Assembly: GCA_965208945.1 (NCBI GenBank)
Contig: OZ242366.1
Coordinates: 2,040,483 to 2,104,482, forward strand
DNA: 64,000 nucleotides
DNA from: Bryobacterales bacterium
GTDB lineage: Bacteria; Acidobacteriota; Terriglobia; Bryobacterales; UBA6623
Reading direction: 5' to 3'
Positions 27,317-38,503 of the stretch are shown here, piece after piece. The first letter of the stretch is position 1. Every line of letters begins with the position of its first letter. Position numbers and translations under genes: made by a program. The notes beneath the pieces are model-generated. The model saw only the letters and a program-made list of their open reading frames with translations. It did not search any database and had not been told where the DNA came from.

Positions 27317-28255
27317 CTACTGGCTGTAGTAACCGGGTCGGTGCCGGACTTTGTACCGCTTGGCCTTGCCGGTCAACTCGACTCGCACACGCCGGAATCC
27401 TGGTTGAGTGGAGGTCTGCGGCGTGTAGGCAAGGATGTATTGGCTTCGAATATCCCGCGCGACCTGCTGCGTGATGGCGTGGACTTCGTCGACGCTGGCC
27501 GGGAAGTACGCCGCGCCTCCTGTTGCGCGTACGATGTGGCGAATAGCACGGTTGGCCCGCTTCGCCTCTCGGCGATCTTCTTCGCTCAGCAGGCCGACGG
27601 CGTAAATTACGGTCTCGGTTTCCTGCAATCGCCGCACGAGCCGCTCCAAGGTGGCGCGGCTGGCATTGTCCGCGCCGTCGGTGACGATCAGTAGGACTTG
27701 CTTGTCCCGCTCGGCCTCTTGTTCGAGATAGTCCAGCGACATGCTCACCGAGTCGTAGAGCGCCGTTCCGCCGCGGGAATCGATTCGCTGCAAGCCATCC
27801 TGCAAGCGGGGCAAATCGGAAGTGAAAGGAGTATCGAGGAAAGCTTCGTCATTGAAGTTGACGATGAACACCTCGTCTTGAGGGTTCGACGCCTTCACGA
27901 AGTCCAAGGCGGACGCGTTCACTTGGCGGCGTTTGTCGCGCATGCTGCCGCTGTTGTCGACCAGAATACCTAGCGAAACCGGGACATCTTCGCGCCGGAA
28001 AATTCGCAGTCTTTGCGGAACGTCCTCCTCGAAAACTCGGAAGCTGTCCTCTTTGAGATCGGTGATCAGCCGGTTATCCCTATCGAGCACGGTCGTGTGG
28101 AGAACAACGAGCCTCGTCTCTGCACGAATAATGAGACCGGTATCGGAATCGTTGCGGATCGCCTTGGAGTCCGTCTGCGAACTCAGCGGCGCGCCCGTAG
28201 CACTGAGACAAACCACAACGGCGAGCGAACGTACCGCCCTAAACCGGAGATTCAT
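27317..28255 (-). CDS. VWA domain protein (acidobacterial VWFA-related, TIGR03436-like)
   Basis: ORF 27317..28408; start M52 (28255) gives signal peptide MNLRFRAVRSLAVVVCLSATGAPLSSQ. MIDAS-type LVDNSGSM; C-terminal GYYS. Confidence 0.85.
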   Translation of the reverse strand: MNLRFRAVRSLAVVVCLSATGAPLSSQTDSKAIRNDSDTGLIIRAETRLVVLHTTVLDRDNRLITDLKEDSFRVFEEDVPQRLRIFRREDVPVSLGILVDNSGSMRDKRRQVNASALDFVKASNPQDEVFIVNFNDEAFLDTPFTSDLPRLQDGLQRIDSRGGTALYDSVSMSLDYLEQEAERDKQVLLIVTDGADNASRATLERLVRRLQETETVIYAVGLLSEEDRREAKRANRAIRHIVRATGGAAYFPASVDEVHAITQQVARDIRSQYILAYTPQTSTQPGFRRVRVELTGKAKRYKVRHRPGYYSQ

Positions 28256-28314
28256 TCTTGACGGGTGCCTTTCTTGCCGGCTGAATACCGTGTTGGGCCC
28301 CTGCCAAGGGGCGT

Positions 28315-29316
28315 TCATCGGGTGGGGGCGTAGTAGCCCTGGCGGTAGTGGGTGCGCAGACGAGGCATCCCTCGAATCTTCTTGATCTCCACCCTCATAC
28401 GCCGCCACCGGCCGTCCTTCTCCTGATTGATGGGGACGTAACCCAATACATACTGGTTCCTCAACTCGACGCCGATCTTGGCGGCCACGTCGGGCAATTC
28501 ATTGAGATTTTCAACCGGAAACTGCCGTCCGCCGGTTTGCTCCGCGATCTCGGTTAACAGGCTCGGGCCGTTCAGTTCTTCCGGGGTTCGCCCTCGCGAC
28601 GATATCGGTTCGAAGATGCCGATCGCATAGATCTGGACATCTGCCTCGCGCACCAGCCGCTTGATCTCGCGTTCCGTGTAGCGGCTGCTGTTATCGCCTC
28701 CGTCGGAAATCACCAACAGTGCCTTCTTCGTATGCCGCGCTTCCTTCATCCTCGTGATTGAGAGATAGACCGCGTCCAGCAGCGCCGTGCGGCCCTTGGA
28801 CTGCGTGAAGGTCAGGCGGTTCTGAATATCCTCGATCCTGTCCGTGAAGTCCGTGATGAGTTCCGGGCGATTGTTGAACTGCACGAGCAGGAATTCATCC
28901 TCCGGATTTGACGTCTTGAGAAACTGCGCGACCGCCTCTCGCGCTTTGCTCATCTTGTGGCCCATGCTGCTGCTGGCGTCAAAGACCAAGCCCAGTGACA
29001 GTGGAGCGTCCTCCATACCGAACTGAGTAATATCCTGCTCGATCTTGTCTTCAAAAATCTTGAAGTACTCTTTCTCAAGACCCGTGACGAGTCGGTTCAT
29101 CGGGTCAGTCACCGTAACGCTGACCAACACCAACTCAACATCAACCTTGATGTTCGCGCCGGGCGGCAACGGTTCGAGATTGGGATCTGGAATGCGCGGC
29201 TTGACGCCGACGTTGGCATCAGCGGCAAAGATCGGAGCGGTTACGAGGAGAGCAACAATCAAGCAGACGGGCAATGCATGGTGCGAGCATGCGTTGCGGT
29301 GAGGCAGGATTGCCAA
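28315..29316 (-). CDS. VWA domain protein (TIGR03436-like)
   Basis: 333 aa, paralogous to the downstream gene (VFDASSSM, LLVISDGGDNSS, YAIGI, C-terminal GYYAPTR). Confidence 0.85.
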   Translation of the reverse strand: MAILPHRNACSHHALPVCLIVALLVTAPIFAADANVGVKPRIPDPNLEPLPPGANIKVDVELVLVSVTVTDPMNRLVTGLEKEYFKIFEDKIEQDITQFGMEDAPLSLGLVFDASSSMGHKMSKAREAVAQFLKTSNPEDEFLLVQFNNRPELITDFTDRIEDIQNRLTFTQSKGRTALLDAVYLSITRMKEARHTKKALLVISDGGDNSSRYTEREIKRLVREADVQIYAIGIFEPISSRGRTPEELNGPSLLTEIAEQTGGRQFPVENLNELPDVAAKIGVELRNQYVLGYVPINQEKDGRWRRMRVEIKKIRGMPRLRTHYRQGYYAPTR

Positions 29317-29635
29317 GACCTTGTCCTTACCCGCTTCAATGAATGGCGTTTTCCCGTTGCAGGCGCCTAGATTTTAACACAGGTATCGAGGGCGTGCTAG
29401 ACTTGTGCAAAGGTGTGTGTGGCAAGGAAGCGCCGGCTTGATGCAGCGCTCCCCGAGTCTCCGAAAACCCCTTCCCGCATGGCCGGCTCTCGAGGCGACC
29501 AGTCCGTCTGCAAACGATACCATCCCCGCCGCCTCGATTCCCTGATGCACTCGGCCCCGCCGCTCCTGAACCTCATCTTGCGGCTTTGTCGATCCGTGCT
29601 CCACGGTTATGCTTTCGTTCCTGTTGGAGAGGTCC

Positions 29636-31306
29636 ATGGGCTCCGTTAAAAAGTGCATCTTCGTGACCGGCGGAGTTGTTTCTTCCTTGGGCAAAGGCAT
29701 CGCTGCTGCATCACTGGGCTGTCTGCTGGAAAGTCGTGGACTGCGTGTCACCCTGCAAAAATTCGATCCCTACTTGAACATCGATCCGGGCACAATGAGC
29801 CCGTTTCAGCACGGAGAAGTGTTCGTCACCGACGATGGAGCGGAGACCGACCTTGACCTCGGCCACTATGAGCGCTTCACGCACGCACGCCTGACCCAGG
29901 CCAACAACGTCACCAGCGGCCGCATCTACGAGCGCATCCTCGCGAAAGAGCGCCGCGGAGACTACCTCGGGAAGACCGTTCAGGTGATCCCGCACGTCAC
30001 GAACGAAATCAAAGCCAGCGTCCGCAAGATCGCCACCAACGACGTTGACGTCATCATCGCCGAGATCGGTGGTACCGTTGGCGACATCGAGTCCCTGCCC
30101 TTTCTCGAAGCCATTCGACAAATGCGCCACGAGCTGGGCCGCAACAACTGCGTGTTCGTCCACGTAACCCTTGTCCCCTGGATCGCCGCCGCTGGAGAGT
30201 TGAAGACCAAGCCCACACAGCACAGCGTCAAGGAGTTGCGCGCAATCGGGATCCAGCCCGACATCCTGCTGTGCCGCACCGAGACCGACCTTTCCCGGGA
30301 GCTCCGCGAGAAGATCGCGCTCTTCTGCGATGTCGACAAAGATGCCGTGATCGCCGCGCGCGATGTCGATTCTGTGTATCGAGTGCCGATTCACCTCGCG
30401 CAACAGGGAGTCGACGACATCGTCTTGCGCCACTTCGACATGAGCGACCTTCCCAAACGGGAACTGAGCGGCTGGGAAGACATGCTCGACCGCATGCGCC
30501 ATCCCGTCGACGAGGTCACGATCGGCATCATCGGCAAGTACGTCGACTATGAAGACTCCTACAAGAGCCTCAAGGAAGCGTTGCTCCACGCCGGACTCGC
30601 TCATCAGCTCCGCGTGCAACTCCGCTGGGTTGAGGCCGAAGGCATTACCCAAGAAACCGCCCATCATCAACTCAGCGATCTCGATGGTATTCTCGTCCCT
30701 GGCGGTTTCGGCATACGCGGCATCGACGGTATGCTCGAAGCGATCCGCTACGCCCGCGAGCAGAAAGTACCGTACTTCGGCATCTGTCTCGGCATGCAGA
30801 CCATGGTCATCGAATACGGACGTAACGTCTGTGGGCTGGAGCGTGCGCACTCGACCGAATTCGATCCCGGCACGCCGGTCCGGCTATTTTTCAAGTTGCG
30901 TGAGCTGAAAGGCATCGAAGACTTGGGCGGCAACATGCGGCTGGGCAGTTGGCCCTGCAAGCTGGAGCCGAACAGCTTGGCGACCAAAGCCTATGGCTCA
31001 CCTCAGATTCATGAGCGCCATCGCCATCGCTACGAATTCAATCGCGATTACGAAGAAGTCATCACATCCCACGGCATGAGAGTAACGGGGGAAACTCCGG
31101 ACGCGATGTACGTGGAAATCTGTGAGCTTCCCGACCATCCTTGGTACCTCGGATGCCAGTTCCACCCCGAGTTCAAGTCGAAGCCGTTGGAGTCGCATCC
31201 TCTGTTCTCGTCGTTCGTCGGAGCGGCTTTTCGCCATCGCGGAACGCGCGTTCGTAACGAGCAGCTCCGCGAAGCCGAGCAATTCCTGCGCGTCCGCGTA
31301 TCATGA
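29636..31306 (+). CDS. pyrG: CTP synthase
   Basis: ORF 29609..31306; start M10: [62 protein letters not shown]-terminal glutaminase domain [15 protein letters not shown]. Confidence 0.97.
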   Translation: MGSVKKCIFVTGGVVSSLGKGIAAASLGCLLESRGLRVTLQKFDPYLNIDPGTMSPFQHGEVFVTDDGAETDLDLGHYERFTHARLTQANNVTSGRIYERILAKERRGDYLGKTVQVIPHVTNEIKASVRKIATNDVDVIIAEIGGTVGDIESLPFLEAIRQMRHELGRNNCVFVHVTLVPWIAAAGELKTKPTQHSVKELRAIGIQPDILLCRTETDLSRELREKIALFCDVDKDAVIAARDVDSVYRVPIHLAQQGVDDIVLRHFDMSDLPKRELSGWEDMLDRMRHPVDEVTIGIIGKYVDYEDSYKSLKEALLHAGLAHQLRVQLRWVEAEGITQETAHHQLSDLDGILVPGGFGIRGIDGMLEAIRYAREQKVPYFGICLGMQTMVIEYGRNVCGLERAHSTEFDPGTPVRLFFKLRELKGIEDLGGNMRLGSWPCKLEPNSLATKAYGSPQIHERHRHRYEFNRDYEEVITSHGMRVTGETPDAMYVEICELPDHPWYLGCQFHPEFKSKPLESHPLFSSFVGAAFRHRGTRVRNEQLREAEQFLRVRVS

Positions 31307-31383
31307 GTCGGTCCACCCGCGCCGGGCCGCTCTGAGTGCGACCCCATCTCCGCCGAAGGCGCATACTACAGACTCGAAACCGA

Positions 31384-32205
31384 ATGCCTTCCGTTGACAT
31401 CGGCGCCTTTTCGATCGGAGACCATGCACCTCTCGCTCTTATCGCCGGCCCTTGCGTCATCGAGTCGTCCGAGCACACTCTGGCCATGGCGCGAGCCGTC
31501 AGACAGGCTGCTGCCGACGCGGCGCTCCCCGCAATCTTCAAAGCTTCGTACGACAAGGCCAACCGTACCAGTGTCGATTCCTTCCGCGGGCCGGGTCTCG
31601 AGGATGGGCTGGCGATCCTCTCCGAAGTGACGAGGCTAACCGGTTTGCCACTCCTGACCGACGTCCACGAAGTGGCGCAGGTGGAGCCTGTCGCGGAAGT
31701 CTGCGATGTCCTCCAAATCCCCGCTTTCCTCTGCCGCCAGACCGACCTGCTCATCGAAGCAGGACGTTCGGGCCGTGTCGTCAACATCAAGAAGGGCCAG
31801 TTTCTCGCTCCCTGGGACATGCGCTTTGCCGCCGACAAGGTTGCTTCCACCGGCAACAATCGTATCCTTCTTACCGAGCGTGGATCGAGCTTCGGCTATA
31901 GGAACCTCGTTGTTGACTTCCGATCACTTCCGGCGATGAGGAATCTTGACTATCCCGTCGTCCTCGACGTCACGCACGGTCTGCAGCTTCCCGGCGCACA
32001 GAAAGGTGCAAGTGGGGGTCAACCCGAGTTCATCGAAACGCTGGCTTGCGCCGGTGTCGCGGCCGGCTCCGATGCGCTCTTTTTAGAGGTTCACGACTCT
32101 CCGGAAAAGGCGAAGTCCGACGGGACCAACGCCTTGCATCTCGATCTGCTGCAGACGCTGGTCGAAAAGGTCAGCGCTTTGGGCAAGCTCGTTCGAAGTT
32201 GGTAG
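31384..32205 (+). CDS. kdsA: 3-deoxy-8-phosphooctulonate (KDO8P) synthase
   Basis: ORF 31336..32205; start M17. Motifs LIAGPCVIES, FKASYDKANRTS, LQIPAFLCRQTDL, NIKKGQFLAPWDM. Confidence 0.93.
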   Translation: MPSVDIGAFSIGDHAPLALIAGPCVIESSEHTLAMARAVRQAAADAALPAIFKASYDKANRTSVDSFRGPGLEDGLAILSEVTRLTGLPLLTDVHEVAQVEPVAEVCDVLQIPAFLCRQTDLLIEAGRSGRVVNIKKGQFLAPWDMRFAADKVASTGNNRILLTERGSSFGYRNLVVDFRSLPAMRNLDYPVVLDVTHGLQLPGAQKGASGGQPEFIETLACAGVAAGSDALFLEVHDSPEKAKSDGTNALHLDLLQTLVEKVSALGKLVRSW

Positions 32206-32300
32206 TGGCTCGACGATCAAGCGAACCCATCAAGGTTGCTCCTGTTCTTGACGCAGTGCCTTCGGTAGACCGCCGCTGTCAGCGAGCACGGCAACTCATG

Positions 32301-33560
32301 GCTAACCTGCATTTCTCACCACGAGGTGAGGTGAAGTGCGTGAGAGGGCCGTCAGGACGAGCTGCAAGCCGCTTGGCGCCGGCAACACGGCCTTTCAGGG
32401 TTTTCACGAATCACGAGGCACGAAACACGTGGCTCGAACGGTGCATGGGGTACTGAAGCCCTTCAGTCTTGTTTTTCCCGCCCCGGTCTGCTAGGCGTGA
32501 GGACAGGGAGGCGGCGAGGAGCAGTCCGTGCGGGTCGCGAATCAAGGCGTTCACTAGCCGCAAGCCACTGATTTTAAGGTTTTTACAAGATACGAAGCAC
32601 GGTTTTTATTCTCGAGTCACGAAACACGAAGCACGGCTTTTATGTTTTCACGAAACACGAATCACGTGGCTCGAACGATACACGTGGGTACTGAAGCCCT
32701 TCAGTCTTTTTTTATCGCCCCGGACGGCGTAGCATGAGGACAGCGAGTCGGGAATCCTGGCCCTCGCGAAGAAAAAAGCGGAAAAAATCGAGGAGGTGAG
32801 ACTAAGCGCATGCGTCCGCGGCGAAGTTTGTTCTTCGTGGCGCCGGCAACCCCGGCCGGCAGTACAAGCTGCAAGCCGCCCGCGCCTGCAACACGGCCTT
32901 TCAGGTTTTTCACGAATCACGAATCACGAGTCACGAGACACGAAACACGGCCTTTATGCTTTTCTCGCTGCTTTCCTGCGCGTTGCGGCGCGGCATGGGG
33001 CGGCTATGGCGCGGCATCGGCGGGCCCCCGTTCCCCCGCACCGGCAACACGGCCTGTTGGTTTTCACGAATCATGCATCACCGCATTTATCGCCGTTCGG
33101 TTCGTCTTGGATGCGAAAGGGTCGCACAACCGAAAACCGCCGTCCGGACCGCCGTGCCCGCCGCCAGGTCACGGCTTCCCTGTTCAAGATTGTTCGCCAT
33201 TGTTCACTATTAATTTAAATGGAGGGGGGGCTGAACAAGTGTCCGCGCATCGTCCGCCGTTCTCGGTCGGCCTCCCGGCGAGTGCCGTTCTCCGCAGCTC
33301 CCGCCGCTCTCCCTTGATTGCACAGACATGGGAATGTTTTCTGTTGCGTTGGCAGCTAGCCTGCATTTCTCACCACGCGGCGAGGCGAAGTGCGTGAGAG
33401 GGCCGTCAGGACGAGGCGCGAGTCGGGCGGAGGAAGAAGGCGCGCGCAGGAGTACTTGAACAGTACGTAGAGCCCGGCAAGCAAGCGTTGCGAAGGAAAA
33501 GCGAAGTCCTGGCGGTCGTATCGTGTGTTTCGGACGTCGGGTGGTGAGAAATCTAGGCTA
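32301..33560 (+). repeat. 1.26-kb mosaic repeat, left arm of a large inverted repeat (half-MITE + heptad/hairpin modules + full MITE copy B at 33356-33560)
   Basis: Starts CTAACCTGCATTTCTCACCAC and ends GTGGTGAGAAATCTAGGCTA. The reverse complement of 38684-39933 aligns along the whole length with a few indels (compared by eye). The ORF track shows mirrored junk ORFs (32810..33397 + versus 38886..39437 -, both starting MRPRRSL.FVAPATPA). Confidence 0.85.
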
Positions 33561-33684
33561 ACTACTTGGACTTGGATGTGCTGAAGTCCTTGGGCAAAGG
33601 ACTCCGCGGTATCGGATGGGATATCAAAGGCTCTGTCTATTGCACGTTGGCGGACACTTATTCGCGTTGCTACACTCCCGCGTC

Positions 33685-36627
33685 TCAGAACTGGAAACGG
33701 ACACCCAGCTTCATCGCGATCGGATCGAGAGCGGCGATCACGCGTTCGGCGTCTCCGGTTCGCAGCGAGAAGTTCGTGACCGCGTTCGAGTTGAAGACGT
33801 TGTAGAGGTCCAGCATCAGAGTGAGCCTGTTCTTGCTCTCGGTTCCGACGGCGAACGCCTTGTCCAGACGGATGTCGGCAATCGTCACGTTTTCGGAGCG
33901 GTTCTCGGACAAGTCGGTCAGGAAGATCGGCTGGTTGGTGCCGGTGCCCGGGATGTCCACCCGCTGGATCAGGGCGTACGGCCAGCCACTCTGATGCCGC
34001 AGATTTGTTGACAGGCCGATATCATGCGGCAGGATGTAGCGTGCGAGCAGGCGGCCGCCCCAGTTGGTCGTCTTCTGCCTGGCATCCACGTCGAGGCTGT
34101 GGTTCTGCCAGATCCGCCCATGTCCCCCGGAGCCGACGACGAGCGGGTCGGCAAAAAGCGGGCTGCGCGATTCACCCGCCGCTGAGCGGAACTCGTTACG
34201 CCACTGGTAGTCGAAGCTGGCTTGCAGCAGTAAGCCTCCGGTGAAGCGACGGTTTACCGCAACCTGGACCGTGTCATAGGCGGCCTCCATGCCGGGAAAG
34301 GTGGCGATCCGGTTGTCGACGAGTCCCGCCACATCGTCCGGCACGCGCTGGACGTTCAGTGGTGTGCCGGTGAGTGCTTTGAGCGGACAATCCCAGTCGG
34401 GATCGTCCGTGCACGAGATGCCGCGTCCTTCGAGCAGTGCGGTCTGCTGCGGCCCGTTCCAAATGCCGCTGTCGCCGTTCAGGTCCTTGCGTACGTAAGA
34501 GAACCGGACGGAGGTGTCAGCGGCCAGCTCGTGCTCCAGCGAGACGTTGATCTCGTCGACATATTCCGTTGCCAGTGTGGGGTCTACCGGCGTCCCTTCG
34601 GAGCCGAGTTCCATACCGGTGGCGCCCTGCTCGTCCAGCTTGTCACCCAACTCGTCCGGGCCGTCGTAGATCCCGTTGGCGTTCGGATCAAGGAAGGTGT
34701 ACCGGACCCACGCCGTGCTCGCCGGATTGGCACCCTCGTGCGAGTCGGCCAGATTCAGGTAGTAGCGGCCGAAGTGTCCCTTGATCACGGTGCCCTGGGA
34801 CGGCGAGAGTGACACACCCAACCGTGGTGCCCAGGTATTCCAGACGACGTTTGTCCGACCCGTGGCGGTGCCGGTGGGGAAGAAGTCGGCGAGGAAGGGG
34901 CTGGAAACCGCGTCGATGAAGTAGGTGCGCTGCTGCTCGAAGCGAACGCCCAAGTTCAGCGACAACCAGTTCACCGGCCGCCATGTGTCCTGGAAGAACG
35001 CCGCATGGTGCCGGTTGCGGTTGTCAGATGCGATTTCCCCCTCGGCCGGCATGTTGAAGAGCATGATCCTGTCAACGTTGAAGGTGCGATCGTTCGCACT
35101 GTCGTCCAGATAGCGGACGTGCCCGGAATTGGCGTTTGAACCGAAGCGGCTACTGTCGATCTGGAACTCGTAACCCACCTTGAAATCGTGACTGCCACCG
35201 AAGTCGGGCACGTAATGATTCATGCTCATAGTGGCCTGCGGCTTCCAGCGGACGAACGTGAACGGCGGCGGACCGTTGGCCCCCGGGAACCAGCCGGCGC
35301 CGCTCAGGCGGCCGGTCGCCGTGTCCAGACGAGGCGGTTGCTGTATCGGATCGACCTGCGGCACCATGGGCCAGCCGAACCCGAAGTGCTTGAAGGCGGT
35401 GGTCATGAACGTGCGGTTGTTCCAGACTCGCTGCCACTCCGCCTTGTGTGCCCAGCTCCAGCTTGCCTGTGCCAGCACGGAGTCCGGACCGACGTCCGTG
35501 GACAGCCCGCGCTTCGGTTTCTCCTTCAGTCCCCACTGTGTGTAGCCTATCAACTGGTCCCGGTCGGTTAGCCGAAGCGTCACCTTGCCCCCGAACCCAT
35601 CGAAATCACCCAGGTCGGTTGCCACGGAGCGGTCCACCCCTGACACCGCCTTGTCAATGCGAAAGTGGTTGTAGAAGACGTAGAACCAGGCTCTGTCGCG
35701 CACGATAGGCCCACCGATGTCGGCGTGAGTCTCGAAGAACAGCAGGTTCGGGTTGCCCGTGTAGCCGCGTGCCTCCAGGTAGGCGTCGGTGTTGTCGCCG
35801 ACGAAGCTCTCGTGCTCGTAGTCGCCGTGGAGCATGCCGTGGAAGTCGTTGCCGCCGCTTTTCATAGTCATCATGACGAGCGAGCCCGGAGCGGTCATCT
35901 CCACGTCGGCGCCGGCCGCCGTGGTCGTGAACTCCTCGATGGAGTAGTAGTCGAAGTAGAACCCGGTGCCGCCATTGCCCTCAGTCGTGTCCACGCCGTC
36001 GGCAAGAATCCGGTTCTGGTTTCGTACGCCGAAGCTCTCGTAACCGGACTGCTGGCTCTTGTGCGAGCCCCCAACGTCGAATCCGCGCATGCGAACTCCC
36101 GCCGTCTGGCTGAGCACCGCCCAAACATCGGTGGCGGATGGTACTTCCTGCAACTCCACCACGCCGAAGTCGTTGACCAGAGCGGTCGTTTTGATGTCCA
36201 CCACAGGTGCTTCGCCAGAGACGGTGATCGTCTCCTCCACGGCGGCCAACTCGAGCACCGCGTCGATCCGGATCACCCGGTTGCCTTCGACGATGACGCC
36301 CTCACGAACGAACCTCCGGAATCCTTGCAACTCGAAGGTAAGGTCATAGGATCCGCGTCTGAGTGCCCGGAACCGGTACGACCCGTCGACGAGGGTAACC
36401 GCGGTGAGGGGGGCGATGAGCGTCTCCCCGGCGATCGTGACCGTTGTGCCCGGCACGGCATAACCTTGGCCGTCGACAACAGCGCCCTCGATGGCGCCCG
36501 ACGTTTGAGCGGCCGCCGGTCCGGCGGCGGCTGCCAGTACCAGCGCGGCGCACCAGAGGCTAGACTGCATCGTTCCGCTCGACAATGAGGTCCTCATCGG
36601 TCCACGGGATCGTTCGTCAACCATCAT
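33685..36627 (-). CDS. TonB-dependent-receptor-like outer-membrane protein with CarboxypepD_reg-like N-terminal domain
   Basis: 980 aa (start may be M11 at 36597). Signal peptide, then AIEGAVVDGQGYAVPGTTVTI (carboxypeptidase-regulatory-like fold). Long beta-barrel region ending in the OMP signature ..KLGVRFQF. Confidence 0.85.
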   Translation of the reverse strand: MMVDERSRGPMRTSLSSGTMQSSLWCAALVLAAAAGPAAAQTSGAIEGAVVDGQGYAVPGTTVTIAGETLIAPLTAVTLVDGSYRFRALRRGSYDLTFELQGFRRFVREGVIVEGNRVIRIDAVLELAAVEETITVSGEAPVVDIKTTALVNDFGVVELQEVPSATDVWAVLSQTAGVRMRGFDVGGSHKSQQSGYESFGVRNQNRILADGVDTTEGNGGTGFYFDYYSIEEFTTTAAGADVEMTAPGSLVMMTMKSGGNDFHGMLHGDYEHESFVGDNTDAYLEARGYTGNPNLLFFETHADIGGPIVRDRAWFYVFYNHFRIDKAVSGVDRSVATDLGDFDGFGGKVTLRLTDRDQLIGYTQWGLKEKPKRGLSTDVGPDSVLAQASWSWAHKAEWQRVWNNRTFMTTAFKHFGFGWPMVPQVDPIQQPPRLDTATGRLSGAGWFPGANGPPPFTFVRWKPQATMSMNHYVPDFGGSHDFKVGYEFQIDSSRFGSNANSGHVRYLDDSANDRTFNVDRIMLFNMPAEGEIASDNRNRHHAAFFQDTWRPVNWLSLNLGVRFEQQRTYFIDAVSSPFLADFFPTGTATGRTNVVWNTWAPRLGVSLSPSQGTVIKGHFGRYYLNLADSHEGANPASTAWVRYTFLDPNANGIYDGPDELGDKLDEQGATGMELGSEGTPVDPTLATEYVDEINVSLEHELAADTSVRFSYVRKDLNGDSGIWNGPQQTALLEGRGISCTDDPDWDCPLKALTGTPLNVQRVPDDVAGLVDNRIATFPGMEAAYDTVQVAVNRRFTGGLLLQASFDYQWRNEFRSAAGESRSPLFADPLVVGSGGHGRIWQNHSLDVDARQKTTNWGGRLLARYILPHDIGLSTNLRHQSGWPYALIQRVDIPGTGTNQPIFLTDLSENRSENVTIADIRLDKAFAVGTESKNRLTLMLDLYNVFNSNAVTNFSLRTGDAERVIAALDPIAMKLGVRFQF

Positions 36628-36915
36628 TATTCACACTGAAGTCGACACGTCCGCATGACGAATTTTCCCTTAGTCTGAGTCATTGCCTTCGAGGCAGCGG
36701 AAGTGGTGCATTGGTGCGGGATGCGGTATCGACGAGCAGGGCGAGGTCGGAGCTTCCGTCCAGCGCCACGGGGGTCTGGGCGATGATCGAGGCGAGCAGT
36801 TGGCGGGCCTGCGGCACGGAGATTTCGCTGGTCTTGTACTCGATGTCAGCGTAACAGTCGCCGCGTTCGGCCTCTATGAATGATAGAAAACAGCAGTTCA
36901 ACCTTGGCAGCGCCT

Positions 36916-37100
36916 CTAGCCCGCATTTCTCACCACCCGACGGCCGAAGCACGCCATACGGCCACCAGTACTTCGTTGCGCTTGCTTGCCGTGCTCAACG
37001 TACTGTTCAAGTACGCCTGCGCGCGCCAAGCAGCTCGCGCCTCGTCCTGACGGCCCTCTCACGCACTTCGTCTCGCCACGTGGTGAGACATGCAGGCTAG
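36916..37100. repeat. MITE-like palindromic element, copy C (185 bp)
   Basis: CTAGCCCGCATTTCTCACCACCCGACGG ... CACGTGGTGAGACATGCAGGCTAG. The interior contains CAACGTACTGTTCAAGTACGCCTGCGCGCGCC. Confidence 0.85.
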
Positions 37101-37159
37101 TGGACTTCCGAGATTGTGCGCACGAGACCTGCTCAATAGCTCGGGCGCCGATCCATGAT

Positions 37160-38047
37160 TCACCGTTGCTCTTCTTCGAGCTGCTTGAGATACAGCCCTT
37201 CGAGCCGCTCGACCTCGGAAAAGAATCCTTCCGGGTCCACGAAAGTGTCCGGGCTATAGGGCTGTCCGGGCCTGTATTTGGAGTGCAAGCCGTATTGCGA
37301 GCCGTGCGCAGCAACCCAGATGTCGATCTCCATGGCTTTCTGCCTCCGGAAGGTCTTCGCAAAGTCCTCGGCAAGGCCGTGATAGGTCGGGTCCACGATC
37401 AGGCGCTTGCCCGGGTTGATCGTCCCCATGTTTGCGATCACGACACGGTAGTCTCTGCCGTTTTCCCGGACAGTCATGGTGTAGCTGACACTGCCGGCCG
37501 TGTGACCCGGCGACTCGACCACTTTGAGCCTGATGCTGCCCAGCTCGATTTCCTCTCCGTCGGTGATGATCTTGTCGACCTCGACCGGCTCGAACGACAC
37601 TTTTCCTCCGAAATGAGGGTCACTGAATCCGCCGTCTTCAAGCACGGGCGCGTCGCCTGCCGTGGCCCACATCTCGGCTACTGTTGACCTCTTGATCTCG
37701 GCCAGTGCCGCGGTGTGATCCCAGTGTGCCTGCATGGTCAACAGGATCTTGATGTCGTCCATGCGAAATCCGACCGATTCAATGTTCCGGCGGATCAGCG
37801 GCGTGGATTCCTTGAGTGCGGTGTTGATCAGAATGTGACCCTCGTCGGAAGTGACCAGGAAGACGCCAAGGTCATAGGTTCCAACCGCGTACAGGTTTCC
37901 GATCACACGGTGGCCCGTGAACGGGCGTGTCCATCCCGTTGGCTGAGCCTCGAGGGGCGATGTGGAGAGTGCCAGAAGACAGGGAATGGCGAAACGGAAC
38001 ATGCCGCATAGTATTACGGTTTCGGACCCCATCATTCGGGAGGCCAT
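37160..38047 (-). CDS. Subclass-B3-like metallo-beta-lactamase fold hydrolase (Gln at motif position 116)
   Basis: 295 aa; probable signal-peptide start at M16 (38002). Motif TMQAHWDHT (Q-x-H-x-D-H instead of H-x-H-x-D-H), then SPGHTAGSVSY and VAAHGSQYG. Confidence 0.8.
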   Translation of the reverse strand: MASRMMGSETVILCGMFRFAIPCLLALSTSPLEAQPTGWTRPFTGHRVIGNLYAVGTYDLGVFLVTSDEGHILINTALKESTPLIRRNIESVGFRMDDIKILLTMQAHWDHTAALAEIKRSTVAEMWATAGDAPVLEDGGFSDPHFGGKVSFEPVEVDKIITDGEEIELGSIRLKVVESPGHTAGSVSYTMTVRENGRDYRVVIANMGTINPGKRLIVDPTYHGLAEDFAKTFRRQKAMEIDIWVAAHGSQYGLHSKYRPGQPYSPDTFVDPEGFFSEVERLEGLYLKQLEEEQR

Positions 38048-38098
38048 TGAATTCTTAGAGCGATGCTCACTGTTTTTCGGGCGGCGAACAGGATCGGA

Positions 38099-38503
38099 TC
38101 AGTCGAGGTTCTCGGGGCCGAATGCTGCCGGCAGTAACTCAGCAAGTGAGAATGTTTTTCGGTAACCTTCCGGACTCGCTATGTGAATCGAAGCCGTCAG
38201 TTTGGCAAATTCACGGATGCGCTGTCGGCAACCACCGCATGGAGTACAGAGCTGCGAGCCGCCGCCGACAATGGCGATCTCTTTGATTTCGCGGCCGCCG
38301 CTGGCGATCATGACCCCGATCGCGCTGGCTTCGGCGCACTGGCACATCGAGTAGGATGCATTCTCGACATTCGCTCCGGTATGCACGGCGCCGGTCTCGT
38401 CCCGGATCGCCGCGCCAACCTTGAATCGGGAGTAGGGAGCGTGGGCTCGTTCCCGAACGGACATAGCTGCCTGGATCAGCGATTCAATGGAACGGCTTCT
38501 CAT
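38099..38503 (-). CDS. cdd: Cytidine deaminase
   Basis: 134 aa. Motifs APYSRFKVGAA, CAEASAIG, and PCGGCRQRIREF (zinc-binding CAE / PCGxC). Confidence 0.92.
   Translation of the reverse strand: MRSRSIESLIQAAMSVRERAHAPYSRFKVGAAIRDETGAVHTGANVENASYSMCQCAEASAIGVMIASGGREIKEIAIVGGGSQLCTPCGGCRQRIREFAKLTASIHIASPEGYRKTFSLAELLPAAFGPENLD

Noticed and set aside
36680-36952. 90-aa ORF whose C-terminal part (..TSEISVPQARQLLASIIAQTPVALDGSSDLALLVD..) faintly resembles a Phd/YefM-type antitoxin N-terminus
   Set aside because: Its only ATG lies inside MITE copy C. Outside the repeat only a TTG start is available. The similarity is weak and no toxin partner is adjacent. It may be a remnant disrupted by the MITE.
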